DNA of 43,995 bases from an uncultured Candidatus Saccharibacteria bacterium (GCA_964625905.1 CAZVBS010000002.1:1-43995), one strand, 5' to 3'; positions 18,443 to 26,727 are shown, numbered from the stretch's first letter. Notes: a model not told the origin generated them from the letters alone. Translations and numbers: made by a program.

Positions 18443-18916
18443 TTAAGGGATAATACAAAATATAGGATCAGTACAATTTACGCCTGCAAAAGTAACGTCT
18501 ATATCTACACTAAGTGCTTTCTGTTCTAGTCTTTCAAAAACAGAACTAAGAACATACCCTGTACATAATCCAGATGTGCATGCGTTACCAGAAGAATTTA
18601 TACCTTGATATGAATATTTATAAAGAATCGTATCTATAGGATCATTTGGTATATTTGAAATATATCCATAATCTTTAAGTACTGCTAATTCATTACCTGG
18701 AGGATATAACCCATTTCTGTCGACACTATATAACTCCAGAGCATTTTTTATTTGTTTTAGATCTTCAAATCGTCTACTGTCACGACTATTTTGACCAGTA
18801 TCATCAAAAATAAAAAAGAGGCTTACTATAAAGATTCCGATGAGTGCTATTACAACCCAAAACTCAATAAGAACAAACCATCGTTTACGTGAGCTTATCT
18901 TAAAATTTTCAGACAT
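18443..18916 (-). CDS. pilin paralogue with a degenerate prepilin cleavage site
   Basis: Shares SRDSRRFEDLKQIKNALELYSVD.NGLYPPG and the CTSGLC .. NCTDPIFCIIP end with 17946..18431. The N-terminus reads ..RKRW/FVLIEFWVVIALIG, so the -1 Gly is missing. Confidence 0.6.
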   Translation of the reverse strand: MSENFKISSRKRWFVLIEFWVVIALIGIFIVSLFFIFDDTGQNSRDSRRFEDLKQIKNALELYSVDRNGLYPPGNELAVLKDYGYISNIPNDPIDTILYKYSYQGINSSGNACTSGLCTGYVLSSVFERLEQKALSVDIDVTFAGVNCTDPIFCIIP

Positions 18917-18958
18917 AAAACATAATATTCATACCCATAATATTTATTAAGAATAATA

Positions 18959-19057
18959 TCACTGTTGTAGCTCATGAGGACGTAAACCTTTTTTGGTCTT
19001 ACTCTTCTTAGATTCTGCCTTCTTCTCTTTCTTTTGTTTATCTCTTCCTTTTGCCAT
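18959..19057 (-). CDS. 32-aa lysine-rich micro-ORF (speculative)
   Basis: MAKGRDKQKKEKKAESKKSKTKKGLRPHELQQ*. TATAAT lies 7 nt upstream of the ATG. Too short for the ORF track. Confidence 0.25.
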   Translation of the reverse strand: MAKGRDKQKKEKKAESKKSKTKKGLRPHELQQ

Positions 19058-19085
19058 ATTTTATATTATACACTATTAAAAATAC

Positions 19086-19108
19086 AAAAACCGCCAACTT
19101 GTTGGCGG
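19086..19108 (-). terminator. rho-independent terminator
   Basis: On the minus strand: CCGCCAAcaagTTGGCGG followed by TTTTT. Confidence 0.7.
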
Positions 19109-19430
19109 CGGGGTGGATGGGAGGAATTACGTCATTGTCACTCTGCAACACTCTAAACAAAGAGTGCTCCATGAGTTTCCTGTACAAATTCCTCCCGTAT
19201 CCCTTTTAAATTCTGGTACGATTCAGCATCTGGGCATGAAGACGGTTAAGGTTTTATCTACCTGTCGCATCCCATGAAATCCAGACTGGTACCCTTAGGT
19301 GTATATACACCTATAAAGATGTAAAAACATCTGTTTGGTTCCGGTAATGTTGGTCGAAAAAGGACCAGCTTCAGCAGACGTCGGCCAGACCGGCGCGCTG
19401 ATGCTCAGGCTTTGTCGGCGATGTTTCTAT
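19109..19430 (-). ncRNA. GC-rich structured RNA, class unresolved
   Basis: About 320 nt with no credible ORF and clearly higher G+C than its flanks. Multiple helices are visible: gggaggaatt/aattcctccc (10 bp, extended by ggat/atcc), cactct/agagtg, taggtgta/tacaccta, gatgt/acatc and tggtc/gacca. The minus strand is preferred only because of the terminator at 19086..19108. Confidence 0.5.
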
Positions 19431-19537
19431 CATTTTTTAAATTATTCCTCCCAAAATAGCATCACAAAGAACTATAATCAATATAACGTGTTGATTGTGT
19501 TATGTCAAGATTACTTGTATCTTACTATATAAACTGT

Positions 19538-19882
19538 TTAATCGAACTCAAACAAAATATCATTAAAATTTATTATTTTATTATTTTTATCTATTTCAAT
19601 TCCTTCTTTTTTATAAAGTCCTATACGTTCTTTATGGTATCTAGCATTAGTCCAAATATGTCCGTCTGCATACACTATTCTATGAAATGGGATATTAGGA
19701 TTATCTTTTGATGCTTTTACTAAAATTGATGTAATGCTTTGTGATGACATAGATCCCCCACCAGATGCGCGAGCTATTCTGCCGTACGAAGTTACACGAC
19801 CTTTAGGTATAGAAAGTGTAGCTAGAAGCACGCGTTCACTAAATGTTATTTCCTTATATTTTAATTTATTTTGATCTCTCAT
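19538..19882 (-). CDS. alkyltransferase-like (ATL) protein: MGMT DNA-binding domain without the acceptor cysteine
   Basis: 114 aa. ..IPKGRVTSYGRIA.. helix-turn-helix, then NPNIPFHRIV where Ogt/Ada/MGMT have PCHRV. Confidence 0.75.
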   Translation of the reverse strand: MRDQNKLKYKEITFSERVLLATLSIPKGRVTSYGRIARASGGGSMSSQSITSILVKASKDNPNIPFHRIVYADGHIWTNARYHKERIGLYKKEGIEIDKNNKIINFNDILFEFD

Positions 19883-20099
19883 TTATATAATATTACAATA
19901 GAAATAGTCAAAAAAGCAAAAAAAGCACCACTTGCGCGGTGCTTTTCTGCTTGCCCTAAACATCTATCGATCCTGTTGCATACCGAGTGGTCTCTCTCTT
20001 GCGAAATCAACCGTCAATACTTAAGTAGTAAAATTATACTTAATGTAAGATTATGTGCAAATGCTATTTGTGTAAATCCTGTGTATAACTTTTTATAGT

Positions 20100-20285
20100 C
20101 TACTGATACTTTGCAGCGTCGTCTTTAGACATAAACTTGAACATGTTTCCTTCGCAAGTTGTACACTGCCCTTTAGCTGAGTAACGATTGTTCTTCTCAG
20201 AAATTTTAATGTCCTTCATTACTTGCATAGTCGGCTTCTTGTTATCGTCTCGACATCTCATGCAAAGTCCTTTTAATTCATCCAT
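20100..20285 (-). CDS. small zinc-ribbon protein (CxxC...CxxC), DUF5679-like
   Basis: CMRC .. 35 aa .. CTTC in 61 aa. Confidence 0.5.
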   Translation of the reverse strand: MDELKGLCMRCRDDNKKPTMQVMKDIKISEKNNRYSAKGQCTTCEGNMFKFMSKDDAAKYQ

Positions 20286-20449
20286 ATTATATAAATTAAC
20301 TTAATATTTAATAAACACTATACTGAACAGGATATACTAAATAAACAGCTAATGCACGTATATGACACTGTTTTATCTATTTAATCCTTTATATAAGCCA
20401 TATCTTTAATAACTTATATATTACTTACAAAATCTGCAGTCTAATATAT

Positions 20450-22753
20450 CTACAATCCGAGTTCCTCAATCCTATTACCCACATTAGACACTGCAGATGG
20501 AGTATTGGCTTCAAAACGCTTCACTATCTCAAAAGTATACGCATCATAGACCTCTACTTCGTTTGCTGTTTGTGAGACTATGTACACAAATTTACCATCG
20601 TTTGTAAATTCTGGATGCCATGAACTTTCTCCTTTAACTGGAATTATTGTTTTAACTATTTCATCTATTCGAGCATCAATTACATAAATCTCGTCGTTAT
20701 AGTCTCCAAATGCAGTTTCTGCCCACACATATGGATAGCTTGGGTCTTCATTAAATGCACGTATAAATAAGCCAGGTCCTGATGTTTTTATATATTTAAT
20801 TGGCTCCCATGTAGATATATCTATTACTGTAATCAGCCCCTCACCAAGTGCTGGAACATATATCTTACCTCCCCACGTTGCTCCTGGCCCTGTGTGCGGT
20901 GTATCTCCAGTCTTTACTTCAGCGATTTCTTCCCATGTTTCTGTATTCATAACCCACACAGTATCTGATCCCATTGATGCAACAATGTAAAACTTACCGT
21001 CTGGTGTTAAAAATGCGTCATGCAAAGGCGTCTGGTTCTCTCCAATATTCCAGTTCTTTTCTATTACAGGGAAACCTCTTTTAGACGTATCTATAACCCA
21101 GACACTGTTTAAATCTTTAAGTGCGACAATTATTTTATCTCCATACTCAACCATTGCACCTGCTCTAGATTCAACCTTTTCTCCATCTAGCTTCCCAACT
21201 AAATCAATCGTCTTTAGAATATCCATAGTAACAGGATCAACAATAACAACATTACCCGGCTCATAATTACCAATGGCTAAGTATCTGCCATTATCGGTTA
21301 GTGCAGTTCCTCTTGAATTTATTCCAACACTAATTGATTTCACTGCTTCAAGTGTCTCTAGATTTATTTTTGTGAGCCATCCATCACGAGCAATAATATA
21401 CATGTACTTACCGTCTGGTGAAAATACTGAGGTATGTGGCTGAAAACCTATATCATGAATCCTTCCTACTTCTTTGTGAGTGCTACCGTCTATGAAGAGC
21501 AACTTCTCTGCATCCTTTTCAACAATCGCCATAAGGTTCTCTGTATCCCATGAACCGACTTTAGCTTCGAGTGTGGTATATGGATTAAGTGCACTACCTT
21601 CTTTTGAATTACTTTCTATATTTTCTATGTCGCCACCGTCACTCAATTTGCCTATCTTGTACCGCATCATCTTGTCACTAATCCCACTACCGTGGTTTTT
21701 ATGATAATTAATTGATACATCTGTACCACAATTAAATGCTGCCGGATGAAGTTTAGCTTCTTTTGTTGCATCAAACACAAACTCATCTATTACAAACCAA
21801 CAACTGCTGTTTTCATTATGAGAAACAACTTCTTCCATTGAATATCCAATATAACCAAGGAAGTATTTCATCATTCGATCACTAATGCCCTCTGGCGTTA
21901 CCTCACGATACTTTTCAGTTACATCCTCTCCACAAGAGTAAATTTCAGGATATCTCTCAGCTGCAGTTGTTGCGTCAAAAACCGCATCGTCAATCACTAC
22001 ATAACAATCTTTAATATTGTTATGTTTAGCAACATCTTCTAGTGTAAATGACACAAAGCTTTCATTTGTGTCGCGTACATTACCATCGTCTCTACTCCCA
22101 ACTATGGATATACTTAAAACAGACGCTACAATAAATAAAGAAGTAACGAGAGCAACTGTGACAACAATAGATCTATTTTTATCTAGATGATTTTTTGCTT
22201 TATTTTTCTGATTGAATAAATAACGTACTCCAAATACTCCAACAGCCAATACAAGTGCGTACATTATTATAAACGTCAAAAAACTAACTTCGGATCTGTA
22301 TACCGAATGATGTAAATTAAGAAACACCCACGATACGATAGATATTACCCCGCCAGTCAAAACATCTATACTGCACGGTGTCTTCCCATTATCCTCTTCG
22401 CCATTTATGTTTCTTTCAAGTCTTGGTATGTGGCGAAAACTAGCAACAGATAGATTTATAACTAGAACACCAACTATAATCATAGTTGCATAAAATATAT
22501 CAAGCTGAACCATTGAGTCATATGCAAGATAGAATAGTCCTACGCCACCAATAGCATACAACAATATACCAAGCCAAATTGTGGCTTGCACCACTTTTAA
22601 CATGGAGAGTTCACTTTTAGAGACTCTTCCATCTTTAGATGCTGTATAAAATAGTATATTGCCAAGCAAAGCTGCTCCTGTACCAAATGACAGTCCAAGT
22701 GTAAAAATGAGTAAATACACAAAATGTAAATCTATATTTATTAAGAATTCCAT
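20450..22753 (-). CDS. multidomain membrane protein: about 6-TM N-terminal domain + 2 cytochrome-b5-like domains + C-terminal YVTN/cd1-like beta-propeller
   Basis: TM block over residues 1-215. Two repeats have the b5 fold pattern (HNNIKDCYVVIDDAVFDAT..YPEIYSCGEDVT; HNENSSCWFVIDEFVFDAT..LHPAAFNCGTDVS..HKNHG). Then repeated blades follow (SPDGKYMYIIARDGWLTKINLETLE, DNGRYLAIGNYEPGNVVIVDPVTMD, TPDGKFYIVASMGSDTVWVMNTETWE, TNDGKFVYIVSQTANEVEVYDAYTFE). Confidence 0.65.
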   Translation of the reverse strand: MEFLINIDLHFVYLLIFTLGLSFGTGAALLGNILFYTASKDGRVSKSELSMLKVVQATIWLGILLYAIGGVGLFYLAYDSMVQLDIFYATMIIVGVLVINLSVASFRHIPRLERNINGEEDNGKTPCSIDVLTGGVISIVSWVFLNLHHSVYRSEVSFLTFIIMYALVLAVGVFGVRYLFNQKNKAKNHLDKNRSIVVTVALVTSLFIVASVLSISIVGSRDDGNVRDTNESFVSFTLEDVAKHNNIKDCYVVIDDAVFDATTAAERYPEIYSCGEDVTEKYREVTPEGISDRMMKYFLGYIGYSMEEVVSHNENSSCWFVIDEFVFDATKEAKLHPAAFNCGTDVSINYHKNHGSGISDKMMRYKIGKLSDGGDIENIESNSKEGSALNPYTTLEAKVGSWDTENLMAIVEKDAEKLLFIDGSTHKEVGRIHDIGFQPHTSVFSPDGKYMYIIARDGWLTKINLETLEAVKSISVGINSRGTALTDNGRYLAIGNYEPGNVVIVDPVTMDILKTIDLVGKLDGEKVESRAGAMVEYGDKIIVALKDLNSVWVIDTSKRGFPVIEKNWNIGENQTPLHDAFLTPDGKFYIVASMGSDTVWVMNTETWEEIAEVKTGDTPHTGPGATWGGKIYVPALGEGLITVIDISTWEPIKYIKTSGPGLFIRAFNEDPSYPYVWAETAFGDYNDEIYVIDARIDEIVKTIIPVKGESSWHPEFTNDGKFVYIVSQTANEVEVYDAYTFEIVKRFEANTPSAVSNVGNRIEELGL

Positions 22754-22839
22754 ATTTTTAGTTAATCTTTGATTTAATAATTGTGAATAATTTTAATAAA
22801 CTAGAGTATACCAAATTATTAATGTATCTACTCTATAAA

Positions 22840-23376
22840 TTATTCACATACTAATGGCTCATCTATTTTTCTTAATATCACAAAAGAAGAATAAAATAAC
22901 AGACCTACGCCAAGAAATCCAAATTCTTCACCTCCAAAAGGTAAATATATAAGTAATCCACTTGCACCAAATATAGCAAGTAAAGATGTAAGGATAAACG
23001 TACCACAAGAGGCACAACCTATACCAAACACTCCACTAATTATTCCTCCTAAGCTTAAAGTTGCACCAGATCCTATATTTTTTACCTGCTTACTACGTAT
23101 ATAATATACTAGAAGTGAAATATTTATACCGAACAATATAGCTATTATAATTGTGTAACCTGCAGAGATTATAGAGAAATTTGTTTGTATAGACACCACA
23201 AAACTAAACAAAAAATATATCTTATCCAACAAAGCCACGTTAGAATTAAGTATTATTTCTTTGATTAAACTAAAGTTTGATAACCAAACAGATAGTATAA
23301 ATACTATTACAGTAATAATTATTGCAGTTATTGTATAGTGAATTTTAGAAAAAACTCTCTTTAAGATACTATACAT
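22840..23376 (-). CDS. membrane protein with an intramembrane CxxC (GCASCG)
   Basis: 178 aa with about 5 TM segments. IGCASCGTFILTSLLAIFGASG lies inside a hydrophobic segment. The ORF begins 6 nt after the DsbA-like gene ends. Confidence 0.55.
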   Translation of the reverse strand: MYSILKRVFSKIHYTITAIIITVIVFILSVWLSNFSLIKEIILNSNVALLDKIYFLFSFVVSIQTNFSIISAGYTIIIAILFGINISLLVYYIRSKQVKNIGSGATLSLGGIISGVFGIGCASCGTFILTSLLAIFGASGLLIYLPFGGEEFGFLGVGLLFYSSFVILRKIDEPLVCE

Positions 23377-23382
23377 GACTGC

Positions 23383-24126
23383 TTATTTTTCTTTTAATGC
23401 TATTTCAATAAGTTGTTTTACTGTTGAATATGGTTGAGATCCTGAAAGAGGGAATGTTTTCCCATTTTTTGCAATAATAACACTCCATGGTGTTCCTCTG
23501 GCACCAGTTTCAACTGCATTATCAATATCATCTTGTATGTGATTATCATACTTCCCACTATTCATACATGAATCAAACTCTTGTTTATCAATACCAAGTT
23601 CTTTTACTATTTGAGGTATAACTACATCAATATCAGTATTATTATTAGATGGAGATAGTTCAAAGAATCTATCCGCAAACTTCCAAAACGCACTATTGCC
23701 ACCGATCTCTGCAACACATTCTGAAGCAACAGATTCAACACGTGCCTTTACAGGATGAAGCTGATCAATAGGAAATTGTCTATATACCCATGCAACCTTA
23801 CCACTAGCACCATACTCTTCCATAATATCATTCATTGTTTTGTGAAATCTTTTACAGAAAGGACATTCAAAATCAGAATACTCTACTATAACTACATCAG
23901 CATCTGGGCTACCTAGTATATGATCTTCACTTGTTACAGGACGAACATTATCAGTTAGCTTAACTTCTTCTGGTGTCTTGTTTTGATTGCTGTACATAAC
24001 TGAAACTGCAATGAGTACGCCAGCTATAACTATTGCCACAGGTACTAGATAATTATTTTTTTCTTTAGTAATTAACTCTTCTGTATTTTCTATTTTATTT
24101 TTTGTATCTAATGTCTGGTTTTCCAT
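23383..24126 (-). CDS. DsbA-family thiol:disulfide oxidoreductase, membrane anchored
   Basis: An N-terminal TM helix, then VEYSDFECPFCKRFH (CPFC active site) and the cis-Pro region RGTPWSVI. Confidence 0.8.
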   Translation of the reverse strand: MENQTLDTKNKIENTEELITKEKNNYLVPVAIVIAGVLIAVSVMYSNQNKTPEEVKLTDNVRPVTSEDHILGSPDADVVIVEYSDFECPFCKRFHKTMNDIMEEYGASGKVAWVYRQFPIDQLHPVKARVESVASECVAEIGGNSAFWKFADRFFELSPSNNNTDIDVVIPQIVKELGIDKQEFDSCMNSGKYDNHIQDDIDNAVETGARGTPWSVIIAKNGKTFPLSGSQPYSTVKQLIEIALKEK

Positions 24127-24169
24127 AATTCTATATCTTATTTATATTTATTATATTTAATCTCTTGTA

Positions 24170-26200
24170 TTATAGCACCTCTAAATTAACTCGCTTTAAG
24201 GATAACGCATTGATTACAACTATCACTGTCGATAGACTCATCAATAGAGCACCGACTTCTGGACGTAAAAAGAATCCAAATACCATAAATACTCCAGCCG
24301 CAGCAGGAATGGCAACAATGTTATATCCTAATGCCCACACAAGATTCTGAATCATTTTAGCATATACAGCTTTTGCAAGCATGAGTAATTTAACTATATC
24401 TTTTGGATCACTTCTCATTAGCACTACATCACCTGCTTCTACTGCGACATCAGTACCTGCTCCAATTGCAATACCTACATCTGCTTGAGTAAGAGCTGGT
24501 GCATCATTTACACCATCACCGACCATAAGCACAACATTACCTTTTTCTTGTAATTTTTTTATGTGTGTGTACTTATCTTCAGGAAGGACATTTGCAAAAT
24601 AAGTATCAATATTAAGTCTATTTGCAACACCTCTTGCAACATCTTCATTATCACCAGTAAGCATAGCAACTTTTACACCAAGTTTATGTAATTTCTTTAC
24701 TGCATCGTATGATTCTTTTTTAATCTCATCTGAAAGAGCAATAACCCCAACTATTTTTTTATCACTTGTGATAAATATCGAGGTCTTACCTTCTTCTGAA
24801 AAATCTGAGTAAACTTTCTCAGCTAGATCATTAGATATATTAGTGTCTTTTATTAATGCATAATTTCCAACACTATGATGTACACCATCAACAATACCTT
24901 CAATTCCTTTCCCTGCAATATTTTTAAACTGCTTTGGTTCTTTTAGTTTGATTCCTTTATCTTTTGCATAACGTACAATAGACTGTCCAATTATATGTGA
25001 AGAATGTTGCTCTAAAGAAGCAACTATACTCAATACCTGATCGTCTGTGTGATCATTGAAAGATGTGATGTTTGTAACTCCAAATTTTCCTTTAGTTAGA
25101 GTTCCTGTTTTATCAAATACAACATAATCAGTCTTCTTTATAATTTCAATCTTTGAAAGATCTTTTATAAATACACCGTTTTTCACAGCCAGTGAAGTTG
25201 TTATCGTTGTAACAGTTGGTATAGCTAGCCCAAGAGCATGTGGACAAGCGACAACAAGCACAGTTATAGCAAGTGTTATTGAAAAAACAAATGTCTCTCC
25301 TATAAATACTGACCAAATAAGTATAGTGAGTAACGCGGTGATTCCAGCAATAAAAGTAAGTGCTCCTGCGGCTTTATCTGCTATACGTTGTGATCTTGGT
25401 TTTGTTTTTTGTGCATCTGTAATTAGTTTCTGTATCTGTCCAATAGTAGACTCTTCACCAACACGAGATAAAATTATGGTTAATGATCCATCTAAACATA
25501 TAGAGCCTGCTATAACGATGTCGGCTTTGTTTTTATTTACAGGTTTTGCTTCCCCACTTATAAGAGATTCATCTATATTCGCAGAACCTTCTTTGATAAC
25601 ACCATCTGCTGGTATTTTCTCTCCTGGTTTTACTAATACAATATCACCTTCTTTTAGACTACTAACATCCACATCATTTTCTGTTCCATCAACCAATAAA
25701 TGTGCTTTACTAGGTAAAAGTTTTGCAACTTCTTGAAGTGCATTACCTGCAGATGAGCTTGAGCGTGCCTCAAGATAATGACCAAAAAGAAGCACCCAAA
25801 TAAGGGTAGAGATCTCAATATAAAACTCTGCATTAAGTATTGGTATGAATGTAGATGCGACTGAGAAAAGATATCCGGAACCAACAGCAAGTGATACCAA
25901 AGTCATCATTCCATATTTTCGAGCTTTTATCTCGTGTGAAGCATGCTCAAAAAACACAAAAGCAAATCCAAATATAATAGTTGCGATACCAAGCTGAATC
26001 CATTTACCAAGAGAAAGTGTGTCCATTCCTATGAATCCAGCCATTGTCTCGTTTGTAAATATTAAAGGAATTAGAAGAAATGTTACAATCCAAAACCGTC
26101 GCAGAAATTCCTGCGCTGACCCATGATCCATCCCAGGACTACTAGAATGCCCCACCCCACACGTATCGTGCTGTTTATCACCACAGTGTTCCATTTTCAT
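24170..26200 (-). CDS. heavy-metal (copper) P1B-type ATPase with a CPH motif and a His/Cys-rich N-terminus (CopB-like)
   Basis: VVACPHALGLA (CPH in TM6), DKTGTLT, TGDN and GDGVNDAP. The N-terminus is MKMEHCGDKQHDTCGVGHSSSPGMDHGS. Confidence 0.9.
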   Translation of the reverse strand: MKMEHCGDKQHDTCGVGHSSSPGMDHGSAQEFLRRFWIVTFLLIPLIFTNETMAGFIGMDTLSLGKWIQLGIATIIFGFAFVFFEHASHEIKARKYGMMTLVSLAVGSGYLFSVASTFIPILNAEFYIEISTLIWVLLFGHYLEARSSSSAGNALQEVAKLLPSKAHLLVDGTENDVDVSSLKEGDIVLVKPGEKIPADGVIKEGSANIDESLISGEAKPVNKNKADIVIAGSICLDGSLTIILSRVGEESTIGQIQKLITDAQKTKPRSQRIADKAAGALTFIAGITALLTILIWSVFIGETFVFSITLAITVLVVACPHALGLAIPTVTTITTSLAVKNGVFIKDLSKIEIIKKTDYVVFDKTGTLTKGKFGVTNITSFNDHTDDQVLSIVASLEQHSSHIIGQSIVRYAKDKGIKLKEPKQFKNIAGKGIEGIVDGVHHSVGNYALIKDTNISNDLAEKVYSDFSEEGKTSIFITSDKKIVGVIALSDEIKKESYDAVKKLHKLGVKVAMLTGDNEDVARGVANRLNIDTYFANVLPEDKYTHIKKLQEKGNVVLMVGDGVNDAPALTQADVGIAIGAGTDVAVEAGDVVLMRSDPKDIVKLLMLAKAVYAKMIQNLVWALGYNIVAIPAAAGVFMVFGFFLRPEVGALLMSLSTVIVVINALSLKRVNLEVL

Positions 26201-26234
26201 ATTTTTTATGTGTTATTTTGCTTCTGTTACCTAA

Positions 26235-26501
26235 CTAACTATTGTCTTTTTTTAATTCTTCAAACTTCTCTATAAATTGTTCTTTTGTTGCTCCACCAAA
26301 TGCAAAAAACTCGTCATTAATTAAAATACCTGGACTTGATAAGATTCCATATTTTTTTACCATCTCTTGCCCTTCTGGTGTAACCATATCAACTTCTTCG
26401 AGTGTAATATCAGGATATTCTGTCTTTAATTCTTTAAGTGTTACTTTCACCGCTTTACAGTGAGCACAACCATCAGGACGTATAAGTGTAACTTTTAACA
26501 T
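26235..26501 (-). CDS. small thioredoxin/glutaredoxin-like protein (CAHC)
   Basis: 88 aa. VTLIRPDGCAHCKAVK with a Trx-fold-sized remainder. Confidence 0.65.
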   Translation of the reverse strand: MLKVTLIRPDGCAHCKAVKVTLKELKTEYPDITLEEVDMVTPEGQEMVKKYGILSSPGILINDEFFAFGGATKEQFIEKFEELKKDNS

Positions 26502-26523
26502 AATTTTTATTATTAATTATTAA

Positions 26524-26718
26524 TTATTTTTTTCTAATCAGTTTAGCTAAAATAATAGCAACCGAGATGATTAGGACTGCAATAAATGGACCTACCCATC
26601 CAGCCTCATTTCCAGTAATTTCTTCTCCATGTCCAATACTAGCAAATGTAACATACGAGGAAAGTAAAAAATACATTACTACAATTATAAGTCTTATACT
26701 ATTTGAAATTAACATCAT
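26524..26718 (-). CDS. small membrane protein (64 aa)
   Basis: A signal/TM segment, then SIGHGEEITGNEAGW, then a second TM helix. Embedded in the operon with 9- and 22-nt gaps. Confidence 0.4.
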   Translation of the reverse strand: MMLISNSIRLIIVVMYFLLSSYVTFASIGHGEEITGNEAGWVGPFIAVLIISVAIILAKLIRKK

Positions 26719-26727
26719 AAATTATTT

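Noticed and set aside
19086-19440. Assigning the structured RNA specifically to tmRNA, SRP RNA or RNase P RNA.
   Set aside because: It has no tRNA-like T-arm or acceptor and no tag ORF (tmRNA). The helix-8 GNAR apex motif is absent (SRP). Only scattered short resemblances to RNase P conserved regions appear, on both strands, with no buildable P4 and the wrong element order. I kept it as an unclassified RNA candidate.
19335-19711. Track ORFs 19335..19532(+) and 19502..19711(+).
   Set aside because: The first runs through the structured-RNA region and an AT-rich spacer. The second is antisense to the ATL gene. Neither has a motif.
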